Source: Macrostomum lignano (Eukaryota). Taken from it: a stretch of DNA of 64,000 nt. Under the pieces are notes generated by a model that worked only from the letters and a program-made list of their open reading frames with translations, had not been told where the DNA came from and made no database searches. Each line of letters begins with the position of its first letter. Position 1 is the stretch's first letter. Of the stretch, positions 48,745 through 60,175 are shown one piece after another. The stretch covers positions 143,128 to 207,127 of the forward strand of contig NIVC01001347.1 of assembly GCA_002269645.1 (NCBI GenBank), written 5' to 3'. A program made the translations under genes and the position numbers.

Positions 48745-49705
48745 AGCACCGGTGAGTGACAAGTTAGGAGTGACAGTTCACATTAAGCACCGGTGAGTGA
48801 CAGGTTAGGAGTGACAGTTCACATTAAGCACCGGTGAGTGACAAGTTAGGAGTGACAGTTCCCATTAAGCACCGGTGAGTGACAGGTTAGGAGTGACAGT
48901 TCACAGTAAGCACCGGTGAGTGACAGGTTAGGAGTGACAGTTCACAGTAAGCACCGATGAGTGACAGTTCACAGTAAGCACCGGTGAGTGACAGGTTAGG
49001 AGTGACAGTTCACAGTAAGCACCGTTGAGTGACAGGTTAGGAGTGACAGTTCACAGTAAGCACCGGTGAGTGACAGGTTAGGAGTGACAGTTCACAGTAA
49101 GCACCAATGAGTGACAGTTCACAGTAAGCACCGATGAGTGACAAGTTAGGAGTGACAGTTCACAGTAAGCACCGTTGAGTGACAGGTTAGGAGTGACAGT
49201 TCACAGTAAGCACCGTTGAGGACAGGTTAGGAGTGACAGTTCACAGTAAGCACCGGTGAGTGACAGGTTAGGAGTGACAGTTCACAGTAAGCACCGGTGA
49301 GTGACAGGTTAGGAGTGACAGTTCACATTAAGCACCGATGAGTGACAGTTCACAGTAAGCACCGCTGAGTGATCTAAGTTAAGAGTGACAGCTCACAGGT
49401 AGCCCCGCTGAGTGATCCAAGTTAGGAGTGACAGTTCACAGTAAGCACCGCTGAGTGATCCAAGTTAAGAGTGACAGCTCACAGTAAGCATCGGCGAGTG
49501 ACAAGTCAAGAGTGACAGCTCACAGTAAGCACCGCTGAGTGATCTAAGTTAAGAGTGACAGCTTACAGTAAGCATCGGCGAGTGATCCAAGTTAAGAGTG
49601 ACAGCTCACAGTAAGCACCGCTGAGTGATCCAAGTTAAGAGTGACAGCTCACAGTAAGCACCGCTGAGTGATCCAAGTTAAGAGTGACAGCTCACAGTAA
49701 GCACT
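48745..49705. repeat. ~41-bp minisatellite (AGTGACAGTTCACAGTAAGCACCGGTGAGTGACAGGTTAGG) with internal deletion variants
   Basis: More than 20 copies, with a variant subtype in the distal third. Confidence 0.94.
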
Positions 49706-50164
49706 GTGCAGGCAGGTCAGTATTCCTACAGCCATGATTGACATCTTGAAAGAAATTCTCCTTGCACTTCTGCTCCCAGTGCAGCGGATAAATAAACTCC
49801 TCAGCAATCGGAAAGCATTCTGGCAGCCCCGGCTACGAATTTAGCAGCAACCTGTTGGCGCAGTATTTACTCCCCTCGGATAAACACAGCACAGCTGGGG
49901 CTGCCTGAACGGTGGACAAATCAGATCTGGAAAACTGGGAGCGAAGTTTGGGATTTTGTAAGGAAGCGGATGCGGAGGCAGGACCTGACACCCAAGCCGA
50001 ATGGCGCAGTTATAAAAGCCTCCATTAAAGTCTGCAGGTCACCGCTGTTGCGGCCTCGACTTCGGTTCAGTGTGGGCAATCGAGAATGCAGCAGCGAAGT
50101 GAATTTATCGTCTACGTGTAAGTTGTGACACTCTAGTGGCTGTCTGCTGCGCTTGGGGCAGGGA

Positions 50165-50700
50165 ATGGGAGATTTCGGGAGTGGGAGATTTCGGGAGTGG
50201 GAGATTTCGGGAGTGGGAGATTTCGGGAGTGGGAGATTTCGGGAGTGGGAGATTTCGGGAGTGGGAGATTTCGGGAGTGGGAGATTTCGGGAGTGGGAGA
50301 TTTCGGGAGTGGGAGATTTCGGGAGTGGGAGATTTCGGGAGTGGGAGATTTCGGGAGTGGGAGATTTCGGGAGTGGGAGATTTCGGGAGTGGGAGATTTC
50401 GGGAGTGGGAGATTTCGGGAGTGGGAGATTTCGGAAGTGGGAGATTTTGGGAGTGGGAGATTTTGAAAATGGGAGATTTTGAGAATGGGATATTTTGAGA
50501 ATGGGAGATTCTTGGGAATGGGAGATTTTTGGGAATGGGAGATTCTAGGGAATGGGAAATATCGGGAATGAGAGATTTCGGGAATGGGAGATTTCAGGAA
50601 CGGGAGATTTCAGGAACGGGAGATTTCAGGAATGGGAGATTCAGAGAATTGGAGACTATTGGACATGGGAAATGAGAACTTTTGAGTATAGGGGATTTTA
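50165..50700. repeat. 16-bp G-rich minisatellite (GGGAGATTTCGGGAGT), decaying 3'
   Basis: About 18 perfect copies followed by degenerate ones. Confidence 0.95.
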
Positions 50701-50770
50701 GAGAATCAAGTGACTGCTAACAAAGTTTTAGATAATTTCATTACTAGCAATGAAACCAATGCCTCATCAG

Positions 50771-52363
50771 CCAAGGTGAGTCCTCAGACTCCGCCGCCAG
50801 TTCAGGCATTCGCCGGCCAGCTCACAGTCAGTCCTTCTACGACAAACCGGGAACAGGTGCTGTGGACAGCGTGCCGCCGCACGAGGCGGACCACCTGTCC
50901 ATCGACTGCCTTTCGTATCGGCGGGGAGGCGGCTGCCGGCGAGTCAGACTGGACACCGAGGGCCGGCAAAACCTCGGCAGGGTGGTGAGGGAAGCAGGCG
51001 TCTGATGGATAAAATCTTTGATGGGGGTGACTTACCAAGAGAGTGAGTTAAGTGAGTTAACTTTCCGTGAGTTAATTTCTTGAGAGTGACTTTCCCGACA
51101 GAGTGACTTTCCCGACAGAGTGACTTTCCCGATAGAGTGACTTTCCCGACAGAGTGACTTTCCCGATAGAGTGAGTTTCTCTGTGAGGAGTGACTTTCCC
51201 GGCAGAGTGAATTTCTTTGTGAAAAGTGAATTTCCCGACAGAGTGACTTTCTCTGTGTGAAGAGATTTCCCCCCGACAGAGTGACTTTCCCGAGAGCGTG
51301 AGTTTCTATGTGAAGAGTGACTTTCCCGACAGAGTGACTTTCCTGACAGGGTGAGTTTCTCGATGAGGAGTGAATTTCCCGACAGAGTGACTTTCTGGGA
51401 GAGCGGGAGAGTTATTCTTTACTTGAACCTACACTTCTAGAACGGCGAGAACATGTTTTGTTTTATTTCAGGAGCTGCTAGTTGATGAAAATCCCGTCTC
51501 AGAGGCGGCATTGGAAGGTTAGCGGCATTTTCACTGCCTCTACAAAATCCATTGTGAAAAATCATCTCCTCGCTTCATCTGCCACAACTACCTCGCCCAG
51601 TCGCCGACGCCGTGTTTCGCCGAATCGCCGGCCGCGCCCAACTGCAGCCAGAAGGCCTCGCCGCTGCCTGCGGTGCTCTTGGCTTTCACTGCGGCGGCGA
51701 CGGCCGTGAAAACGGGGGAGCCACAGGATGGGCCGGCCTCATCGCTGATGGAGGTGAGATTCTGGAAATTGGTAGGGTGGATCTGTAGATTGGTAGATTG
51801 GGTAGATCTAAAGATTGATAGATTGGGTAGATTTGCAGATTGATAGACTGGGTAGATCTAAAGATTGATAGATTGGGTAGATCTAAAGATTGATAGATTT
51901 GGTAGATTTGCAGATTGATAGACTGTGTAGATTTGCAGATTGATAGACTGGGTAGATTTGCAGATTGATAGACTGGGTAGATTGGTAGATTGATAGACTG
52001 GGTAGATTTGCAGATTGATAGACTGTGTAGATTGGTAGATTGATAGACTGTGTAGATCTGCAGATTGATAGATTGTGTGGATCTGTAGATTGTTAGATAG
52101 GGCAGATCGGTGGATTGATAGATTGGGTAGATCTGCAGATTGACAGATTGGGTAGATTTACGATATTTATCAATAAAACTCAGCAGACTGACCGAATCCC
52201 GCAGGCAGCGGCTGCATCAGCAGGTCAAATTTTCTAGCCATGTTCGCCGCCCAACTGCTCAGAGATCGGGACGCCGCGGCGGAGGACTTGGGATCGGGGA
52301 GAGCAGACTTTGCGCTGGCGCCTGCCGATCTTCGCTGGCTGACTCGGCGAATGGCGAGCAAAG
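50771..52363 (+). CDS. Partial spliced gene with an EF-hand-like pair; exons 50771-50984, 51472-51517, 51601-51753, 52205-52363; start and end not resolved
   Basis: Four GC-rich exons join in frame through GT-AG sites (phases 0, 1, 1): ...RQNLGRV|ELLVDENPVSEAALE|VADAVFRRIAGRAQLQPEGLAAACGALGF...WAGLIADG|GSGCISRSNFLAMFAAQLLRDRD. ADGGSGCISRSNFLAMF resembles an EF-hand loop and exit helix. Confidence 0.62.
51040..51410. repeat. ~17-bp minisatellite (GAGTGACTTTCCCGACA), intronic
   Basis: Lies between the first two predicted EF-hand gene exons. Confidence 0.88.
51775..52160. repeat. ~25-bp minisatellite (GATTGATAGATTGGGTAGATTTGCA), intronic
   Basis: Lies between predicted exons 3 and 4 of the EF-hand gene. 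Confidence 0.9.
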
Positions 52364-52664
52364 GTACACCTGTAGTTCGAGTCTTGTTGACCTTTTGACA
52401 CTACTTTCAGCAGAAATGTACATTTTTTAAGTTCGAAAAATATTCCTTGCAGAGAGCCAATCGTGGACAGCTTCGTACAGCGAATGGAGCCTTGATCCCT
52501 ACTAAATAATGCAACCGTTTTGCATCAAGTTTAACCGCATTCACTAATACAGACACACTTTTTAAAAATTTATTGCTGCTTTTTAACAGCTACTGAAAGT
52601 AGAATGACAAGAAAAGTTATGGCTAAAATGCGAGTAAATGAAGCATCCATGTTCCCTTCTATCT

Positions 52665-54000
52665 CCCAAACCCTTTTTGTTCCCCGCTGTCTCCCAACAC
52701 CCTGTTCCCCGATGTCTCCCAACACCCTGTTCGCTGCTGTCTCCCAACACCCTGTTAGCTGCTGTCTCTCAACACCCTGTTCGCTGCTGTCTCCCAACAC
52801 CCTGTTCCCTGCTGTCTCCCAAAACCCTGTTCCCCGCTGTCTCCCAACACCCTGTTCCCCGCTGTCTCCCAACACCCTGTTCCCTGCTGTCTCCCAACAC
52901 CCTGTTCCCTGATGTCTCCCAACACCCTGTTCCCTGATGTCTCCCAACACCCTGTTCCCTGCTGTCTCCCAACACCCTGTTCCGTGCTGTCTCCCAACAC
53001 CCTGTTCCCTGCTGTCTCCCAACACCCTGTTCCCTGCTGTCTCCCAACACCCTGTTCCCCGCTGTCTCCCAACACCCTGTTCCCCGCTGTCTCCCAACAC
53101 CCTGTTCCCCGCTGTCTCCCAACACCCTGTTCCCTGCTGTCTCCCAACACCCTGTTCCCTGCTGTCTCCCAACACTCTGTTCCCCGCTGTCTCCCAACAC
53201 CCTGTTCCCTGCTGTCTCCCAACACCCTGTTCCCTCCTGTCTCCCAACACCCTGTTCCCTGCTGTCTCCCAACACTCTGTTCCCCGCTGTCTCCCAACAC
53301 CCTGTTCCCTGCTGTCTCCCAACACCCTGTTCCCCGCTGGCTCCCAACACCCTGTTCCCTGCTGTCTCCCAACACCCTGTTCCCCGCTGTCTCCCAACAC
53401 CCTGTTCCCTGCTGTCTCCCAACACCCTGTTCCCCGCTGTCTCCCAACACCCTGTTCCCCGCTGTCTCCCAACACCCTGTTCCCCGCTGTCTCCCAACAC
53501 CCTGTTCCCTGCTGTCTCCGAACACCCTGTTCCCTGCTGTCTCCGAACACCCTGTTCCCCGCTGTCTCCCAACACCCTGTTCCCCGCTGTCTCCCAACAC
53601 CCTGTTCCCCGCTGGCTCCCAACACCCTGTTCCCTGCTGTCTCCCAACACCCTGTTCCCCGCTGTCTCCCAACACCCTGTTCCCTGCTGTCTCCCAACAC
53701 CCTGTTCCCCGCTGTCTCCCAACACCCTGTTCCCCGCTGTCTCCCAACACCCTGTTCCCCGCTGTCTCCCAACACCCTGTTCCCTGCTGTCTCCCAACAC
53801 CCTGTTCCCCGCTGTCTCCCAACACCCTGTTCCCCGCTGTCTCCCAACACCCTGTTCCGTGCTGTCTCCCAACACCCTGTTCCCCGCTGTCTCCCAAACC
53901 CTTTTCCCTGCTGTCTCCCAATACCCTGTTCTCTGCTGTCTCCCAACACCCTGTTCCCTCCTGTCTCCCAACCCCCTGTTCCCCGCTGTCTCCCAACAAT
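52665..54000. repeat. 25-bp minisatellite (CTGTCTCCCAACACCCTGTTCCCYG)
   Basis: About 53 copies; explains the 370-459 aa periodic ORFs in six frames. Confidence 0.97.
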
Positions 54001-54659
54001 GGTTTACGTGTCTTCAATTCAAAAATTTTATATATTTTCAGCTGAGTGACGCCAAGAAATACCCGTTGCTATGCTTCTTATTCTAATCCAAGCATACCGA
54101 GAAGAAAGAGTAGAAGTTAATAAACAAAGATTTACCTTCCGCTCCTATCCAAGAAATACAGCCCGGAAGTCGGAGCCGATTTGGCCCCGAGGACTGCATG
54201 ACACAATAAAACAGGCAATGGAGTAATTCAAATTTATTATGTCACACGCCCTAGCCTCTATACCAATGAGATCGATAAGGGAAGTTCTCCCAGTTTTCCG
54301 CCAAGACCACGTCAGCGTCAAGGGGGAGGGGGCAAGTCAAGCAGCTGCCCACTGCAACAGGAAGTTTCAGAGAGGACAATTTATCTCTTTTAACGGAATC
54401 CGCATTTGGTAGCGAGCATTTGTAGGCTTCCGGTAAGCGTTTCTTTACTGTCAGCAAGCCCCACCAAGGGCATCTGGAACGCGAGGCCACTTTTGCAAGA
54501 TCGAGATTTCAGATCGCCTAAAAGATTTTTTTTTTCATTTTTCAACGCAAATGCTTTTGGCGTTAACGGAATTCAAAAGTGTATTGACAATTGACATTGT
54601 TGACGTTGCGGCGTTATGAAAGTGGATGGTTAAAACTTTTGGGCGATGTTAAATTTTAT

Positions 54660-55200
54660 GTCTTGTGGAATTTAGGTCTTTTGGAATTTAGGTCTTGTGG
54701 AATTTAGGTCTTGTGGAATTTAGGTCTTGTGGAATTTAGGTCTTGTGGAATTTAGGTCTTGTGGAATTTAGGTCTTGTGGAATTTAGGTCTTGTGGAATT
54801 TAGGTCTTGTGGAATCTAGGTCTTGTGGAATTTAGGTCTTGTGGAATTTAGGTCTTGTGGAATCTAGGTCTTGTGGAATTTAGGTCTTGTGGAATTTAGG
54901 TCTAGTGGAATTTAGGTCTTGTGGAATTTAGGTCTTGTGGAATTTAGGTCTTGTGGAATTTAGGTCTTGTGGAATTTAGGTCTTGTGGAATTTAGGTCTT
55001 GTGGAATTTAGGTTTTGTGGAATTTAGGTCTTGTGGGATTTAGGTTTTGTAGAATTTAGGTCCTGTGAAATTTAAGTCTTGTGGAATTTAGGTCTGTAAA
55101 GCTAAGGTCCTTTAAAATTTAGGTTTTTGGAAATAAAGGTCTTTTGAAATTTAGGTCTTGTGGAATCTAGATCCTGTGAAATTTAGGTCCTGTGAAAGCG
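54660..55200. repeat. 16-bp minisatellite (GGAATTTAGGTCTTGT)
   Basis: About 25 near-perfect copies plus a decayed tail. Confidence 0.96.
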
Positions 55201-56094
55201 GCCGTTTGAAATACACGAACGAAATACCGTTTGAAATACATGCCCAATCAAAACTAACTCAGTTTGTTAGACTTTCACACAGTTTTTGTCATTTTTGCTA
55301 AAACTATTCGTATCATAACTTCGATTCTCCAAACTCGTCTTTCTAGTAAAAATTTGATACAGAAACTACCGGGCCCTGCTAATCTGTGAATTCATTTTTG
55401 TGTCAGCCTCAATTGGTCCGTTCGAATGTGTGGGTTTTGGAGATGGAGTTTGGCAATACCAGATCTTAGTTTTAGAAATCCTTGGCTTGGAGTCATAATG
55501 CTAGTAGCTTATAACAAACCCAGATATTGAGAAATGACGCCGACACCCGCCTAATCTGCCTGTTCCACTAAAAAGCTGCATGTATGAAAATGGGGCTCTA
55601 GGAAAAACTCACCACTACCTTTCTGGTTTTTTGACGGTGGCGGGGAGGGGCTGCTTCCAAACCACCCCGGAAGCTTGAGCACTCCGATTCGTATAACCTC
55701 GGGAGTATAAACTCGGGCTGCTAAAATCCCTGCATGAGCTGAGAGAGAATGTCTCATTTCTGCTCCAAGGTAGTTGGCCGCATTGGCTTGCTTTTGATTG
55801 CTGCTCTTGAGAGCCCCGGCTCCGGCGCCTGCTTTTCCTCTTCTTTTGTCAGCTTTTTGTTTCTAAAGCTTGGAAAGCAGCCAGACGAGGCTCTGGAGAA
55901 GCGATCAAAGCCAGGCCGGGCCGCAGGCTGCGTTACCGAGGAGGGTGAGTGGCCCCCTGACCCTGGTGGACTGCTGACTAGCCCACAAGCCAGCTGATGG
56001 CAGCACCGAGAGCCGAGCTAGCAATTCCTTACGATTCTCGATCCTCTATGCTAAACTGGCAATAAACCATTCGGTTTTTAAACTCCCAGCACAT

Positions 56095-59000
56095 AGATTA
56101 GCAATCCATCTAAGATCCCAATCATCAAAGCTAGTCTAGCAATCCATTTGAGTCCTCAATCATTGAAGCTAGACTAGCAATCCATTTGAGTCCTCAATCA
56201 TGGAAGCTAGATTAGCAATCCATTTGAGTCCTCAATCATCGAAGCTAGACTAGCAATCCATTTGAGTCCTCAATCATGGAAGCTAGACTAGCAATCCATT
56301 TGAGTCCTCAATCATGGAAGCTAGACTAGCAATACATTTGAGTCCTCAATCATCTATGCTAGACTAGCAATACATTTGAGTCCTCAATCATGGAACCTAG
56401 ACTAGCAATCCATTTGAGTCCTCAATCATGGAACCTAGACTAGCAATCCATTTGAGTCCTCAATCATCTATGCTAGACTAGCAATACATTTGAGTCCTCA
56501 ATCATCTATGCTAGACTAGCAATACATTTGAGTCCTCAATCATCTATGCTAGACTAGCAATACATTTGAGTCCTCAATCATCTATGCTAGACTAGCAATC
56601 CATTTGAGTCCTCAATCATCTATGCTAGACTAGAAATACATTTGAGTCCTCAATCATCTATGCTAGACTAGCAATCCATTTGAGTCCTCAATCATCTATG
56701 CTAGACTAGCAATCCATTTGAGTCCTCAATCATGGAAGCTAGACTAGTAATCCATTTGAGTCCTCAATCATCTAATCTAGACTAGCAATCCATTTGAGTC
56801 CTCAATCATGGAAGCTAGACTAGCAATCCATTTGAGTCCTCAATCATGGAAGCTAGACTAGCAATCAATTTGAGTCCTCAATCATGGAAGCTAGACTAGC
56901 AATCCATTTGAGTCCTCAATCATCTATGCTAGACTAGCAATCCATTTGAGTCCTCAATCATCTATGCTAGACTAGCAATCCATTTGAGTCCTGAATCATC
57001 TATGCTAGACTAGCAATCCATTTGAGTCCTCAATCATCTATGCTAGACTAGCAATCCATTTGAGTCCTCAATCATCTATGCTAGACTAGCAATACATTTG
57101 AGTCCTCAATCATTGAAGCTAGACTAGTAATCCATTTGAGTCCTCAATCATCTATGCTAGACTAGCAATCCATTTGAGTCCTCAATCATCTATGCTAGAC
57201 TAGCAATCCATTTGAGTCCTCAATCATCTATGCTAGACTAGCAATCCATTTGAGTCCTCAATCATCTATGCTAGACTAGCAATCCATTTGAGTCCTCAAT
57301 CATCTATGCTAGACTAGCAATCCATTTGAGTCCTCAATCATCTATGCTAGACTAGCAATCCATTTGAGTCCTCAATCATCTATGCTAGACTAGCAATCCA
57401 TTTGAGTCCTCAATCATCTATGCTAGACTAGCAATCCATTTGAGTCCTCAATCATCTATGCTAGACTAGCAATCCATTTGAGTCCTGAATCATCTATGCT
57501 AGACTAGCAATCCATATGAGTCCTCAATCATCTATGCTAGACTAGCAATACATTTGAGTCCTCAATCATCTATGCTAGACTAGCAATCCATTTGAGTCCT
57601 CAATCATGGAAGCTAGACTAGCAATCCATTTGAGTCCTCAATCATCTATGCTAGACTAGCAATCCATTTGAGTCCTGAATCATCTATGCTAGACTAGCAA
57701 TCCATTTGAGTCCTCAATCATGGAAGCTAGACTAGCAATCCATTTGAGTCCTCAATCATCTATGCTAGACTAGCAATCCATTTGAGTCCTCAATCATCTA
57801 TGCTAGACTAGCAATCCATTTGAGTCCTCAATCATGGAACCTAGACTAGCAATCCATTTGAGTCCTCAATCATGGAACCTAGACTAGTAATCCATATGAG
57901 TCCTCAATCATCTATGCTAGACTAGCAATACATTTGAGTCCTCAATCATCTATGCTAGACTAGCAATCCATTTGAGTCCTCAATCATGGAAGCTAGACTA
58001 GCAATCCATTTGAGTCCTCAATCATCTATGCTAGACTAGCAATCCATTTGAGTCCTCAATCATCTATGCTAGACTAGCAATCCATTTGAGTCCTCAATCA
58101 TCTATGCTAGACTAGCAATCCATTTGAGTCCTCAATCATCTATGCTAGACTAGCAATCCATTTGAGTCCTGAATCATCTATGCTAGACTAGCAATCCATT
58201 TGAGTCCTCAATCATGGAAGCTAGACTAGCAATCCATTTGAGTCCTCAATCATCTATGCTAGACTAGCAATCCATTTGAGTCCTCAATCATCTATGCTAG
58301 ACTAGCAATCCATTTGAGTCCTCAATCATGGAAGCTAGACTAGCAATCCATTTGAGTCCTGAATCATCTATGCTAGACTAGCAATCCATTTGAGTCCTCA
58401 ATCATCTATGCTAGACTAGCAATCCATTTGAGTCCTCAATCATCTATGCTAGACTAGCAATCCATTTGAGTCCTCAATCATGGAACCTAGACTAGTAATC
58501 CATATGAGTCCTCAATCATCTATGCTAGACTAGCAATACATTTGAGTCCTCAATCATCTATGCTAGACTAGCAATCCATTTGAGTCCTCAATCATCTATG
58601 CTAGACTAGCAATCCATTTGAGTCCTCAATCATCTATGCTAGACTAGCAATCCATTTGAGTCCTCAATCATCTATGCTAGACTAGCAATCCATTTGAGTC
58701 CTCAATCATCTATGCTAGACTAGCAATCCATTTGAGTCCTCAATCATCTATGCTAGACTAGCAATCCATTTGAGTCCTCAATCATCTATGCTAGACTAGC
58801 AATACATTTGAGTCCTGAATCATCTATGCTAGACTAGCAATCCATTTGAGTCCTCAATCATGGAAGCTAGACTAGCAATCCATTTGAGTCCTCAATCATG
58901 GAAGCTAGACTAGCAATCCATTTGAGTCCTCAATCATCTATGCTAGACTAGCAATCCATTTGAGTCCTCAATCATCTATGCTAGACTAGCAATCCATTTG

Positions 59001-59760
59001 AGTCCTGAATCATCTATGCTAGACTAGCAATCCATTTGAGTCCTCAATCATGGAAGCTAGACTAGCAATCCATTTGAGTCCTCAATCATCTATGCTAGAC
59101 TAGCAATCCATTTGAGTCCTCAATCATCTATGCTAGACTAGCAATCCATTTGAGTCCTCAATCATTGAAGCTAGACTAGCAATCCATTTGAGTCCTCAAT
59201 CATCTATGCTAGACTAGCAATCCATTTGAGTCCTCAATCATCTATGCTAGACTAGCAATCCATTTGAGTCCTCAATCATCTATGCTAGACTAGCAATCCA
59301 TTTGAGTCCTCAATCATCTATGCTAGACTAGCAATCCATATGAGTCCTCAATCATCTATGCTAGACTAGCAATACATTTGAGTCCTCAATCATCTATGCT
59401 AGACTAGCAATCCATATGAGTCCTCAATCATCTATGCTAGACTAGCAATCCATTTGAGTCCTCAATCATGCTAGACTAGCAATCCATTTGAGTCCTGAAT
59501 CATGGAAGCTAGACTAGCAATCCATTTGAGTCCTGAATCATGGAAGCTAGACTAGCAATCCATTTGAGTCCTGAATCATGGAAGCTAGACTAGCAATCCA
59601 TTTGAGTCCTGAATCATGGAAGCTAGACTAGCAATCCATTTGAGTCCTCAATCATGGAAGCTAGACTAGCAATCCATTTGAGTCCTGAATCATGGAAGCT
59701 AGACTAGCAATCCATTTGAGTCCTCAATCATGGAAGCTAGACTAGCAATCCATTTGAGAT
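56095..59760. repeat. 38-bp minisatellite (GCTAGACTAGCAATCCATTTGAGTCCTCAATCAT[CTAT/GGAA]), ~95 copies
   Basis: 3.6-kb array with two interspersed major variants. Confidence 0.98.
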
Positions 59761-60175
59761 CATAGCTAGCAATTTACTGTAATGTAGTGTTTTTGAATAT
59801 TGAAATAATACCGGAAATTTGATTAAAAAAAAGTTTTCTAGATTTTTAATGTTTTACATCGCGTTTCAGTAAATAAAAACGGTCAGTTAAATTTTGAATA
59901 CTGTACATTCAGCCTTGATTGCTGTTTGATTTTTAATCGTTCAAGAGAGAAAACTTCTTCGCTGATAAGATACGAGTAATCGCCAAAATGTTCAACAGAT
60001 AATTAGCTCTATGCACCCACAGCGCTGCTGGGTGCTGTTAAAGGGGGGTCACACGCGTACGTACAATTCTTGATGTACATTCTTGCCTAGAAAAACAGAC
60101 CTCGCTCATACAGTATAAACGTTAGCTCGAGGGCCCAGTCCAGAGCAGCTTGGGTAGAAGAGAACTCGGTCCATT

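Noticed and set aside
49734-49844. 36-aa ORF MIDILKEILLALLLPVQRINKLL... as a small amphipathic peptide
   Set aside because: Too short, with no homology or splice support that I can establish by eye.
52570-54049. 370-459 aa ORFs in nearly all frames
   Set aside because: The 25-bp unit happens to lack stop codons; the ORFs are open on both strands, which indicates a non-coding repeat.
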